Shown here one piece after another: positions 34,101 through 49,100 of a stretch of DNA of 64,000 nucleotides. The notes beneath the pieces were generated by a model. The model made no database searches, was not told the origin of the DNA, and saw only the letters and a program-made list of their open reading frames with translations. The translations under genes were made by a program, and so were the position numbers. Source of the DNA: Eutreptiella sp. 'Long Island Sound 2002' (taxonomy: Eukaryota; Protista; Euglenida); NCBI GenBank assembly GCA_964036045.1, contig OZ038379.1, positions 13,020,001-13,084,000 of the forward strand, read 5' to 3'. Every line of letters starts with the position of its first letter. Position 1 is the stretch's first letter.

Positions 34101-37100
34101 TAACATTATTGTTAGATAGACATGTCATCATAGCTCAGCTACCTCAGCTACCGAGGCCTTGCGGATCACAGCAGCGTAAAGCCATGGCATGATATCCACG
34201 TTGCTTATTGGGTAGATAGATTTACTAGTGTTGCATTTGTTCTTCAACCTGGATATGTCCATCACCACCCACATTCTATCTGCACATCTACCATATTGTA
34301 TCATTGAAATATAATCGCAGCCACCAGCTGTGCAGATACTTTAGCCAACCCTTTCACAGCCACATGCAGATCCATCTTCCATTCGCCTTTCAGTCCAACA
34401 GGGAACACAATTGAAATCTTAGTTGGTCATCGAGCTGGGTAAGGTCTCATCATGGCGCTTACATAACACAAACACCTGCATCTGAACACAAAAAGTGTCA
34501 CCAACAGCAAAGACGTATCAGATTGAGGACTGGAAGAATGGGTCACATCATTGCTCAGCAACACTACTCATCATTCGCCACCAAGAAATAGCACCTGCAA
34601 CATCCCAAACATTGATCTTTCGGAACATGCCCCCGGGAGGGCACATCCACACCTTGTGGCTCAATGAAAGAGTGTAACACAGCCAACACCAGTTCTACGC
34701 AATGCCACAAATTCCAATCTACAATGAGGTGATTCAGCAGTGGTTGAGGACATGTGGAACATCAGCAATCAGCAAATACACAAACTCATCACAACCTCAG
34801 TACGTGTAATGGCCATTGATGAAATGCTTAGGCAGTGGTTGAGGATTGTCTTGACATCATGAACACAAATAGCATAAGTCCCCCTGACAGAAGCTACTTG
34901 GTGGCCTTAGCCAAGGGCTTGTGGCATTCTCAAGAGTATCTCCACATTCCTTGTGTGGTCACCTACAGATCCGCACACCTGACCCACACTTGGTGCCCAA
35001 GCTCACAGGCAGAGACTCTGTGTTGGCAAATACAAAACATAAATGCACTGTACAAATCAGACTGACGTATGAAGCAACAACACATTCTAACCTCACATGT
35101 ACAAACATGAAAAAATGCAAACACGGGACAAACTAAAAGAGCTGGCTAACCTAAATGGCACACGGAGTCAATTGTACGTCTTCTACGCAACATAGCTAAG
35201 ATTTGATCTTAAGTTGATTGTACCAACCTTTCACAAGAGAGAAACAAACTCCTAGCCAGCTACCATGCATTGTGCATCTGAAAGCCTTCACCACTCTTGG
35301 ATGTTTTTTGTTTTGTCAGTGTGCCAGTCTGCTCTGTTAAAGCGAGATGTATCAATGATGAAAACCAAAACAGACACAGTGTCACCTATGCAGCAGTGGT
35401 GCATGGCTGTGCACCTACACCATCAGATTAGTCTGTCCTGCTTGGCTGGACCCTAGCACAGCAAACGTACCTTACATTGCAACCATTGTGTGCATGTGCA
35501 CAATGCAACAACACTATCTGCAATATACATAGACAACATTGCATCCCATCAGTCAATATTCGTTTAAGCATGTATCGATCAGACAAATGCCTCAAAGCAT
35601 CACATTTTCTTGGAACCCTTGGCCCACTGGTTTTTCTACACCCTACAGTGCACACTCAAAATCATCATCTATCTTCTACAGCAACACATACCCCCATCTG
35701 ATGACACCCAAACAACGACAACAAAGCAACGCATGGCCATGATGCAGGAATTGTGGCAGGAATGGTTTAACATCAAGCTTCAGCCACAAATTAAAATCCC
35801 CATTGCACAATATTACATCCAAATGTACAAATCAACAACCAAGTGTGACTCCTAACATCATGCCCTAAAAATACAAGCAAGAAAGACACTTGGATACCCT
35901 GTTTCTGGATGAGGAGGTGCGATGTCTCAGTCCAACAGGGAACATAAGTAAAATCAATGGCACGTCATAGAGCTGGGTAAAATGTCCTCCTCCCATCGAA
36001 CATAAATTTGCAACACCGGAACTAGAAATATGCAGGAAAGAAAAGGGGATGCACACTTAAATCGTCAAGATCAATCCACTAATCTCCATATCCACTGCAC
36101 CACTGTTGTTGTTCTGTTCACATTGTCTCTCAAATGAACACAATGCCCTGTGAATCTCACGCTCAATGGGTCTACCAAAGTGAGTCACTCACGTTAGTAA
36201 CATTATTGTTAGATAGACATGTCATCATAGCTCAGCTACCTCAGCTACCGAGGCCTTGCAGATTACAGCAGCGTAAAGCCATGGCATGATATCCACGTTG
36301 CTTATTGGGTAGATAGATTTACTAGTGTTGCATTTGTTCTTCAACCTGGATATGTCCATCACCACCCACATTCTATCTGCACATCTACCATATTGTATCA
36401 TTGAAATATAATCGCAGCCACCAGCTGTGCAGATACTTTAGCCAACCCTTTCACAGCCACATGCAGATCCATCTTCCATTCGCCTTTCAGTCCAACAGGG
36501 AACACAATTGAAATCTTAGTTGGTCATCGAGCTGGGTAAGGTCTCATCATGGCGCTTACATAACACAAACACCTGCATCTGAACACAAAAAGTGTCACCA
36601 ACAGCAAAGACGTATCAGATTGAGGACTGGAAGAATGGGTCACATCATTGCTCAGCAACACTACTCATCATTCGCCACCAAGAAATAGCACCTGCAACAT
36701 CCCAAACATCAATCTTTCGGAACATGCCTCCGGGAGGGCACATCCACACCTTGTGGCTCAATGAAAGAGTGTAACACAGCCAACACCAGTTCTACGCAAT
36801 GCCACAAATTCCAATCTACAATGAGGTGATTCAGCAGTGGTTGAGGACATGTGGAACATCAGCAATCAGCAAATACACAAACTCATCACAACCTCAGTAC
36901 GTGTAATGGCCATTGATGAAATGCTTAGGCAGTGGTTGAGGATTGTCTTGACATCATGAACACAAATAGCATAAGTCCCCCTGACAGAAGCTACTTGGTG
37001 GCCTTAGCCAAGGGCTTGTGGCATTCTCAAGAGTATCTCCACATTCCCTGTGTGGTCACCTACAGATCCGCACACCTGACCCACACTTGGTGCCCAAGCT

Positions 37101-40100
37101 CACAGGCAGAGACTCTGTGTTGGCAAATACAAAACATAAATGCACTGTACAAATCAGACTGACGTATGAAGCAACAACACATTCTAACCTCACATGTACA
37201 AACACGAAAAAATGCAAACACTGGACAAACCAAAAGAGCTGGCTAACCTAAATGGCACACGGAGTCAATTGTACGTCTTCTACGCAGCATAGCTAAGATT
37301 TGATCTTAAGTTGATTGTACCAACCTTTCACAAGAGAGAAACAAACTCCTAGCCAGCTACCATGCATTGTGCATCTGAAAGCCTTCACCACTCTTGGATG
37401 TTTTTTGTTTTGTCAGTGTGCCAGTCTGCTCTGTTAAAGCGAGATGTATCAATGATGAAAACCAAAACAGACACAGTGTCACCTATGCAGCAGTGGTGCA
37501 TGGCTGTGCAACTACACCATCAGATTAGTCTGTCCTGCTTGGCTGGACCCTAGCACAGCAAACGTACCTTACATTGCAACCATTGTGTGCATGTGCACAA
37601 TGCAACAACACTATCTGCAATATACACAGACAACATTGCATCCCATCAGTCAATATTCGTTTAAGCATGTATCGATCAGACAAATGCCTCAAAGCATCAC
37701 ATTTTCTTGGAACCCTTGGCCCACTGGTTTTTCTACACCCTACAGTGCACACTCAAAATCATCATCTATCTTCTACAGCAACACATACCCCCATCTGATG
37801 ACACCCAAACAACGACAACAAAGCAACGCATGGCCATGATGCAGGAATTGTGGCAGGAATGGTTTAACATCAAGCTTCAGCTACAAATTAAAATCCCCAT
37901 TGCACAATATTACATCCAAATGTACAAATCAACAACCAAGTGTAACTCCTAACATCATGCCCCAAAAATACAAGCAAGAAAGACACTTGGATACCCTGTT
38001 TCTGGATAAGGAGGTGCGATGTCTCAGTCCAACAGGGAACATAAGTAAAATCAATGGCACGTCATAGAGCTGGGTAAAATGTCATCCTCCCATCGAACAT
38101 AAATTTGCAACACCGGAACTAGAAACATGCAAAAAAGAAAAGGGGATGCACACTTAAATCGTCAAGATCAATCCACTAATCTCCATATCCACTGTACCAC
38201 TGTTGTTGTTCTGTTCACATTGTCTCTCAAATGAACACAATGCCCTGTGAATCTCACGCTCAATGGGTCTACCAAAGTGAGTCACTCACGTTGGTAACAT
38301 TATTGTTAGATAGACATGTCATCATAGCTCAGCGACCTCAGCTACCGAGGCCTTGCGGATCACAGCAGCGTAAAGCCATGGCATGATATCCACGTTGCTT
38401 ATTGGGTAGATAGATTTACTAGTGTTGCATTTGTTCTTCAACCTGGATATGTCCATCACCACCCACATTCTATCTGCACATCTACCATATTGTATCATTG
38501 AAATATAATCGCAGCCACCAGCTGTGCAGATACTTTAGCCAACCCTTTCACAGCCACATGCAGATCCATCTTCCATTCGCCTTTCAGTCCAACAGGGAAC
38601 ACAATTGAAATCATAATTGGTCATCGAGCTGGGTAAGGTCTCATCATGGCGCTTACATAACACAAACACCTGCATCTGAACACAAAAAGTGTCACCAACA
38701 GCAAAGGCGTATCAGATTGAGGACTGGAAGAATGGGTCACATCATTGCTCAGCAACACTACTCATCATTCGCCACCAAGAAATAGCACCTGCAACATCCC
38801 AAACATCGATCTTTCGGAACATGCCCCCGGGAGGGCACACCCACACCTTGTGGCTCAATGAAAGAGTGTAACACAGCCAACACCAGTTCTACGCAATGCC
38901 ACAAATCCCAATCTACAATGAGGTGATTCAGCAGTGGTTGAGGACATGTGGAACATCAGCAATCAGCAAATACACAAACTCATCACAACCTCAGTACGTG
39001 TAATGGCCATTGATGAAATGCTTAGGCAGTGGTTGAGGATTGTCTTGACATCATGAACACAAATAGCATAAGTCCCCCTGACAGAAGCTACTTGGTGGCC
39101 TTAGCCAAGGGCTTGTGGCATTCTCAAGAGTATCTCCACATTCCTTGTGTGGCCACCTACAGATCCGCACACCTGACCCACACTTGGTGCCCAAGCTCAC
39201 AGGCAGAGACTCTGTGTTGGCAAATACAAAACATAAATGCACTGTACAAATCAGACTGACGTATGAAGCAACAACACATTCTAACCTCACATGTACAAAC
39301 ATGAAAAAATGCAAACACTGGACAAACCAAAAGAGCTGGCTAACCTAAATGGCACACGGAGTCAATTGTACGTCTTTTACGCAACATAGCTAAGATTTGA
39401 TCTTAAGTTGATTGTACCAACCTTTCACAAGAGAGAAACAAACTCCTAGCCAGCTACCATGCATTGTGCATCTGAAAGCCTTCACCACTCTTGGATGTTT
39501 TTTGTTTTGTCAGTGTGCCAGTCTGCTCTGTTAAAGCGAGATGTATCAATGATGAAAACCAAAACAGACACAGTGTCACCTATGCAGCAGTGGTGCATGG
39601 CTGTGCAACTACACCATCAGATTAGTCTGTCCTGCTTGGCTGGACCCTAGCACAGCAAACGTACCTTACATTGCAACCATTGTGTGCATGTGCACAATGC
39701 AACAACACTATCTGCAATATACATAGACAACATTGCATCCCATCAGTCAATATTCGTTTAAGCATGTATCGATCAGACAAATGCCTCAAAGCATCACATT
39801 TTCTTGGAACCCTTGGCCCACTGGTTTTTCTACACTCTACAGTGCACACTCAAAATCATCATCTTCTACAGCAACACATACCCCCATCTGATGACACCCA
39901 AACAACGACAACAAAGCAACGCATGGCCATGATGCAGGAATTGTGGCAGGAATGGTTTAACATCAAGCTTCAGCTACAAATTAAAATCCCCATTGCACAA
40001 TATTACATCCAAATGTACAAATCAACAACCAAGTGTAACTCCTAACATCATGCCCCAAAAATACAAGCAAGAAAGACACTTGGATACCCTGTTTTTGGAT

Positions 40101-43100
40101 AAGGAGGTGCGATGTCTCAGTCCAACAGGGAACATAAGTAAAATCAATGGCACGTCATAGAGCTGGGTAAAATGTCATCCTCCCATCGAACATAAATTTG
40201 CAACACCGGAACTAGAAACATGCAAAAAAGAAAAGGGGATGCACACTTAAATCGTCAAGATCAATCCACTAATCTCCATATCCACTGTACCACTGTTGTT
40301 GTTCTGTTCACATTGTCTCTCAAATGAACACAATGCCCTGTGAATCTCACGCTCAATGGGTCTACCAAAGTGAGTCACTCACGTTGGTAACATTATTGTT
40401 AGATAGACATGTCATCATAGCTCAGCTACCTCAGCTACCGAGGCCTTGCGGATCACAGCAGCGTAAAGCCATGGCATGATATCCACGTTGCTTATTGGGT
40501 CGATAGATTTACTAGTGTTGCATTTGTTCTTCAACCTGGATATGCCCATCACCACCCACATTCTATCTGCACATCTACCATATTGTATCATTGAAATATA
40601 ATCGCAGCCACCAGCTGTGCAGATACTTTAGCCAACCCTTTCACAGCCACATGCAGATCCATCTTCCATTCGCCTTTCAGTCCAACAGGGAACACAATTG
40701 AAATCTTAGTTGGTCATCGAGCTGGGTAAGGTCTCATCATGGCGCTTACATAACACAAACACCTGCTTCTGAACACAAAAAGTGTCACCAACAGCAAAGG
40801 CGTATCAGATTGAGGACTGGAAGAATGGGTCACATCATTGCTCAGCAACACTACTCATCATTCGCCACCAAGAAATAGCACCTGCAACATCCCAAACATC
40901 GATCTTTCGGAACATGCCCCCGGGAGGGCACATCCACACCTTGTGGCTCAATGAAAGAGTGTAACACAGCCAACACCAGTTCTACGCAATGCCACAAATT
41001 CCAATCTACAATGAGGTGATTCAGCAGTGGTTGAGGACGTGTGGAACATCAGCAATCAGCAAATACACAAACTCATCACAACCTCAGTACGTGTAATGGC
41101 CATTGATGAAATGCTTAGGCAGTGGTTGAGGATTGTCTTGACATCATGAACACAAATAGCATAAGTCCCCCTGACAGAAGCTACTTGGTGGCCTTAGCCA
41201 AGGGCTTGTGGCATTCTCAAGAGTATCTCCACATTCCTTGTGTGGCCACCTACAGATCCGCACACCTGACCCACACTTGGTGCCCAAGCTCACAGGCAGA
41301 GACTCTGTGTTGGCAAATACAAAACATAAATGCACTGTACAAATCAGACTGACGTATGAAGCAACAACACATTCTAACCTCACATGTACAAACATGAAAA
41401 AATGCAAACACGGGACAAACCAAAAGAGCTGGCTAACCTAAATGGCACACGGAGTCAATTGTACGTCTTTTACGCAATATAGCTAAGATTGGATCTTAAG
41501 TTGATTGTACCAACCTTTCACAAGAGAGAAACAAACTCCTAGCCAGCTACCATGCATTGTGCATCTGAAAGCCTTCACCACTCTTGGATGTTTTTTGTTT
41601 TGTCAGTGTGCCAGTCTGCTCTGTTAAAGCGAGATGTATCAATGATGAAAACCAAAACAGACACAGTGTCACCTATGCAGCAGTGGTGCATGGCTGTGCA
41701 ACTACACCATCAGATTAGTCTGTCCTGCTTGGCTGGACCCTAGCACAGCAAACGTACCTTACATTGCAACCATTGTGTGCATGTGCACAATGCAACAACA
41801 CTATCTGCAATATACATAGACAACATTGCATCCCATCAGTCAATATTCGTTTAAGCATGTATCGATCAGACAAATGCCTCAAAGCATCACATTTTCTTGG
41901 AACCCTTGGCCCACTGGTTTTTCTACACTCTACAGTGCACACTCAAAATCATCATCTTCTACAGCAACACATACCCCCATCTGATGACACCCAAACAACG
42001 ACAACAAAGCAACGCATGGCCATGATGCAGGAATTGTGGCAGGAATGGTTTAACAGCAAGCTTCAGCCACAAATTAAAATCCCCATTGCACAATATTACA
42101 TCCAAATGTACAAATCAACAACCAAGTGTGACTCCTAACATCATGCCCTAAAAATACAAGCAAGAAAGACACTTGGATACCCTGTTTTTGGATAAGGAGG
42201 TGCGATGTCTCAGTCCAACAGGGAACATAAGTAAAATCAATGGCACGTCATAGAGCTGGGTAAAATGTCCTCCTCCCATCGAACATACATTTGCAACACC
42301 GGAACTAGAAACATGCAAAAAAGAAAAGGGGATGCACACTTAAATCGTCAAGATCAATCCACTAATCTCCATATCCACTGCACCACTGTTGTTGTTCTGT
42401 TCACATTGTCTCTCAAATGAACACAATGCCCTGTGAATCTCACGCTCAATGGGTCTACCAAAGTGAGTCACTCACGTTGGTAACATTACTGTTAGATAGA
42501 CATGTCATCATAGCTCAGCTACCTCAGCTACCGAGGCCTTGCGGATCACAGCAGCGTAAAGCCATGGCATGATATCCACGTTGCTTATTGGGTAGATAGA
42601 TTTACTAGTGTTGCATTTGTTCTTCAACCTGGATATGTCCATCACCACCCACATTCTATCTGCACATCTACCATATTGTATCATTGAAATATAATCGCAG
42701 CCACCAGCTGTGCAGATACTTTAGCCAACCCTTTCACAGCCACATGCAGATCCATCTTCCATTCGCCTTCCAGTCCAACAGGGAACACAATTGAAATCAT
42801 AGTTGGTCATCGAGCTGGGTAAGGTCTCATCATGGCGCTTACATAACACAAACACCTGCATCTGAACACAAAAAGTGTCACCAACAGCAAAGGCGTATCA
42901 GATTGAGGACTGGAAGAATGGGTCACATCATTGCTCAGCAACACTACTCATCATTCGCCACCAAGAAATAGCACCTGCAACATCCCAAACATCAATCTTT
43001 CGGAACATGCCTCCGGGAGGGCACATCCACACCTTGTGGCTCAATGAAAGAGTGTAACACAGCCAACACCAGTTCTACGCAATGCCACAAATCCCAATCT

Positions 43101-46100
43101 ACAATGAGGTGATTCAGCAGTGGTTGAGGACATGTGGAACATCAGCAATCAGCAAATACACAAACTCATCACAACCTCAGTACGTGTAATGGCCATTGAT
43201 GAAATGCTTAGGCAGTGGTTGAGGATTGTCTTGACATCATGAACACAAATAGCATAAGTCCCCCTGACAGAAAGCTCACAGGCAGAGACTCTGTGTTGGC
43301 AAATACAAAACATAAATGCACTGTACAAATCAGACTGACGTATGAAGCAACAACACATTCTAACCTCACATGTACAAACATGAAAAAATGCAAACACTGG
43401 ACAAACCAAAAGAGCTGGCTAACCTAAATGGCACACGGAGTCAATTGTACGTCTTTTACGCAACATAGCTAAGATTTGATTGTACCAACCTTTCACAAGA
43501 GAGAAACAAACTCCTAGCCAGCTACCATGCATTGTGCATCTGAAAGCCTTCACCACTCTTGGATGTTTTTTGTTTTGTCAGTGTGCCAGTCTGCTCTGTT
43601 AAAGCGAGATGTATCAATGATGAAAACCAAAACAGACACAGTGTCACCTATGCAGCAGTGGTGCATGGCTGTGCAACTACACCATCAGATTAGTCTGTCC
43701 TGCTTGGCTGGACCCTAGCACAGCAAACGTACCTTACATTGCAACCATTGTGTGCATGTGCACAATGCAACAACACTATCTGCAATATACACAGACAACA
43801 TTGCATCCCATCAGTCAATATTCGTTTAAGCATGTATCGATCAGACAAATGCCTCAAAGCATCACATTTTCTTGGAACCCTTGGCCCACTGGTTTTTCTA
43901 CACTCTACAGTGCACACTCAAAATCATCATCTATCTTCTGCAGCAACACATACCCCCATCTGATGACACCCAAACAACGACAACAAAGCAACGCATGGCC
44001 ATGATGCAGGAATTGTGGCAGGAATGCTTTAACATCAAGCTTCAGCCACAAATTAAAATCCCCATTGCACAATATTACATCCAAATGTACAAATCAACAA
44101 CCAAGTGTGACTCCTAACATCATGCCCCAAAAATACAAGCAAGAAAGACACTTGGATACCCTGTTTTTGGATAAGGAGGTGCGATGTCTCAGTCCAACAG
44201 GGAACATAAGTAAAATCAATGGCACGTCATAGAGCTGGGTAAAATGTCCTCCTCCCATCGAACATAAATTTGCAACACCGGAACTAGAAATATGCAAAAA
44301 AGAAAAGGGGATGCACACTTAAATCGTCAAGATCAATCCACTGATCTCCATATCCACTGCACCACTGTTGTTGTTCTGTTCACATTGTCTCTCAAATGAA
44401 CACAATGCCCTGTGAATCTCACGCTCAATGGGTCTACCAAAGTGAGTCACTCACGTTAGTAACATTACTGTTAGATAGACATGTCATCATAGCTCAGCTA
44501 CCTCAGCTACCGAGGCCTTGCAGATTACAGCAGCGTAAAGCCATGGCATGATATCCACGTTGCTTATTGGGCAGATAGATTTACTAGTGTTGTATTTGTT
44601 CTTCAACCTGGATATGTCCATCACCACCCACATTCTATCTGCACATCTACCATATTGTATCATTGAAATATAATCGCAGCCACCAGCTGTGCAGATACTT
44701 TAGCCAACCCTTTCACAGCCACATGCAGATCCATCTTCCATTCGCCTTTCAGTCCAACAGGGAACACAATTGAAATCTTAGTTGGTCATCGAGCTGGGTA
44801 AGGTCTCATCATGGCGCTTACATAACACAAACACCTGCATCTGAACACAAAAACTGTCACCAACAGCAAAGGCGTATCAGATTGAGGACTGGAAGAATGG
44901 GTCACATCATTGCTCAGCAACACTACTCATCATTCGCCACCAAGAAATAGCACCTGCAACATCCCAAACATCAATATTTCGGAACATGCCTCCGGGAGGG
45001 CACACCCACACCTTGTGGCTCAATGAAAGAGTGTAACACAGCCAACACCAGTTCTACGCAATGCCACAAATCCCAATCTACAATGAGGTGATTCAGCAGT
45101 GGTTGAGGACGTGTGGAACATCAGCAATCAGCAAATACACAAACTCATCACAACCTCAGTACGTGTAATGGCCATTGATGAAATGCTTAGGCAGTGGTTG
45201 AGGATTGTCTTGACATCATGAACACAAATAGCATAAGTCCCCCTGACAGAAAGCTCACAGGCAGAGACTCTGTGTTGGCAAATACAAAACATAAATGCAC
45301 TGTACAAATCAGACTGACGTATGAAGCAACAACACATTCTAACCTCACATGTACAAACATGAAAAAATGCAAACACGGGACAAACCAAAAGAGCTGGCTA
45401 ACCTAAATGGCACACGGAGTCAATTGTACGTCTTTTACGCAACATAGCTAAGATTTGATTGTACCAACCTTTCACAAGAGAGAAACAAACTCCTAGCCAG
45501 CTACCATGCATTGTGCATCTTAAAGCCTTCACCACTCTTGGATGTTTTTTGTTTTGTCAGTGTGCCAGTCTGCTCTGTTAAAGCGAGATGTATCAATGAT
45601 GAAAACCAAAACAGACACAGTGTCACCTATGCAGCAGTGGTGCATGGCTGTGCACCTACACCATCAGATTAGTCTGTCCTGCTTGGCTGGACCCTAGCAC
45701 AGCAAACGTACCTTACATTGCAACCATTGTGTGCATGTGCACAATGCAACAACACTATCTGCAATATACACAGACAACATTGCATCCCATCAGTCAATAT
45801 TCGTTTAAGCATGTATCGATCAGACAAATGCCTCAAAGCATCACATTTTCTTGGAACCCTTGGCCCACTGGTTTTTCTACACCCTACAGTGCACACTCAA
45901 AATCATCATCTATCTTCTACAGCAACACATACCCCCATCTGATGACACCCAAACAACGACAACAAAGCAACGCATGGCCATGATGCAGGAATTGTGGCAG
46001 GAATGGTTTAACATCAAGCTTCAGCCACAAATTAAAATAACCATTGCACAATATTACATCCAAATGTACAAATCAACAACCAAGTGTGACTCCTAACATC

Positions 46101-49100
46101 ATGCCCTAAAAATACAAGCAAGAAAGACACTTGGATACCCTGTTTTTGGATAAGGAGGTGCGATGTCTCAGTCCAACAGGGAACATAAGTAAAATCAATG
46201 GCACGTCATAGAGCTGGGTAAAATGTCCTCCTCCCATCGAACATAAATTTGCAACACCGGAACTAGAAATATGCAGGAAAGAAAAGGGGATGCACACTTA
46301 AATCGTCAAGATCAATCCACTAATCTCCATATCCACTGCACCACTGTTGTTGTTCTGTTCACATTGTCTCTCAAATGAACACAATGCCCTGTGAATCTCA
46401 CGCTCAATGGGTCTACCAAAGTGAGTCACTCACGTTGGTAACATTACTGTTAGATAGACATGTCATCATAGCTCAGCTACCTCAGCTACCGAGGCCTTGC
46501 GGATCACAGCAGCGTAAAGCCATGGCATGATATCCACGTTGCTTATTGGGCAGATAGATTTACTAGTGTTGCATTTGTTCTTCAACCTGGATATGTCCAT
46601 CACCACCCACATTCTATCTGCACATCTACCATATTGTATCATTGAAATATAATCGCAGCCACCAGCTGTGCAGATACTTTAGCCAACCCTTTCACAGCCA
46701 CATGCAGATCCATCTTCCATTCGCCTTTCAGTCCAACAGGGAACACAATTGAAATCATAGTTGGTCATCGAGCTGGGTAAGGTCTCATCATGGCGCTTAC
46801 ATAACACAAACAACTGCATCTGAACACAAAAAGTGTCACCAACAGCAAAGGCGTATCAGATTGAGGACTGGAAGAATGGGTCACATCATTGCTCAGCAAC
46901 ACTACTCATCATTCGCCACCAAGAAATAGCACCTGCAACATCCCAAACATCGATCTTTCGGAACATGCCTCCGGGAGGGCACACCCACACCTTGTGGCTC
47001 AATGAAAGAGTGTAACACAGCCAACACCAGTTCTACGCAATGCCACAAATCCCAATCTACAATGAGGTGATTCAGCAGTGGTTGAGGACGTGTGGAACAT
47101 CAGCAATCAGCAAATACACAAACTCATCACAACCTCAGTACGTGTAATGGCCATTGATGAAATGCTTAGGCAGTGGTTGAGGATTGTCTTGACATCATGA
47201 ACACAAATAGCATAAGTCCCCCTGACAGAAAGCTCACAGGCAGAGACTCTGTGTTGGCAAATACAAAACATAAATGCACTGTACAAATCAGACTGACGTA
47301 TGAAGCAACAACACATTCTAACCTCACATGTACAAACATGAAAAAATGCAAACACGGGACAAACCAAAAGAGCTGGCTAACCTAAATGGCACACGGAGTC
47401 AATTGTACGTCTTCTACGCAACATAGCTAAGATTTGATTGTACCAACCTTTCACAAGAGAGAAACAAACTCCTAGACAGCTACCATGCATTGTGCATCTG
47501 AAAGCCTTCACCACTCTTGGATGTTTTTTGTTTTGTCAGTGTGCCAGTCTGCTCTGTTAAAGCGAGATGTATCAATGATGAAAACCAAAACAGACACAGT
47601 GTCACCTATGCAGCAGTGGTGCATGGCTGTGCAACTACACCATCAGATTAGTCTGTCCTGCTTGGCTGGACCCTAGCACAGCAAACGTACCTTACATTGC
47701 AACCATTGTGTGCATGTGCACAATGCAACAACACTATCTGCAATATACATAGACAACATTGCATCCTATCAGTCAATATTCGTTTAAGCATGTATCGATC
47801 AGACAAATGCCTCAAAGCATCACATTTTCTTGGAACCCTTGGCCCACTGGGTTTTCTACACCCTACAGTGCACACTCAAAATCATCATCTATCTTCTACA
47901 GCAACACATACCCCCATCTGATGACACCCAAACAACGACAACAAAGCAACGCATGGCCATGATGCAGGAATTGTGGCAGGAATGCTTTAACATCAAGCTT
48001 CAGCTACAAATTAAAATCCCCATTGCACAATATTACATCCAAATGTACAAATCAACAACCAAGTGTGACTCCTAACATCATGCCCTAAAAATACAAGCAA
48101 GAAAGACACTTGGATACCCTGTTTTTGGATAAGGAGGTGCGATGTCTCAGTCCAACAGGGAACATAAGTAAAATCAATGGCACGTCATAGAGCTGGGTAA
48201 AATGTCATCCTCCCATCGAACATAAATTTGCAACACCGGAACTAGAAATATGCAAAAAAGAAAAGGGGATGCACACTTAAATCGTCAAGATCAATCCACT
48301 AATCTCCATATCCACTGTACCACTGTTGTTGTTCTGTTCACATTGTCTCTCAAATGAACACAATGCCCTGTGAATCTCACGCTCAATGGGTCTACCAAAG
48401 TGAGTCACTCACGTTGGTAACATTACTGTTAGATAGACATGTCATCATAGCTCAGCTACCTCAGCTACCGAGGCCTTGCGGATCACAGCAGCGTAAAGCC
48501 ATGGCATGATATCCACGTTGCTTATTGGGTAGATAGATTTACTAGTGTTGCATTTGTTCTTCAACCTGGATATGTCCATCACCACCCACATTCTATCTGC
48601 ACATCTACCATATTGTATCATTGAAATATAATCGCAGCCACCAGCTGTGCAGATACTTTAGCCAACCCTTTCACAGCCACATGCAGATCCATCTTCCATT
48701 TGCCTTTCAGTCCAACAGGGAACACAATTGAAATCATAGTTGGTCATCGAGCTGGGTAAGGTCTCATCATGGCGCTTACATAACACAAACACCTGCATCT
48801 GAACACAAAAACTGTCACCAACAGCAAAGACGTATCAGATTGAGGACTGGAAGAATGGGTCACATCATTGCTCAGCAACACTACTCATCATTCGCCACCA
48901 AGAAATAGCACCTGCAACATCCCAAACATCGATCTTTCGGAACATGCCTCCGGGAGGGCACACCCACACCTTGTGGCTCAATGAAAGAGTGTAACACAGC
49001 CAACACCAGTTCTACGCAATGCCACAAATCCCAATCTACAATGAGGTGATTCAGCAGTGGTTGAGGACGTGTGGAACATCAGCAATCAGCAAATACACAA

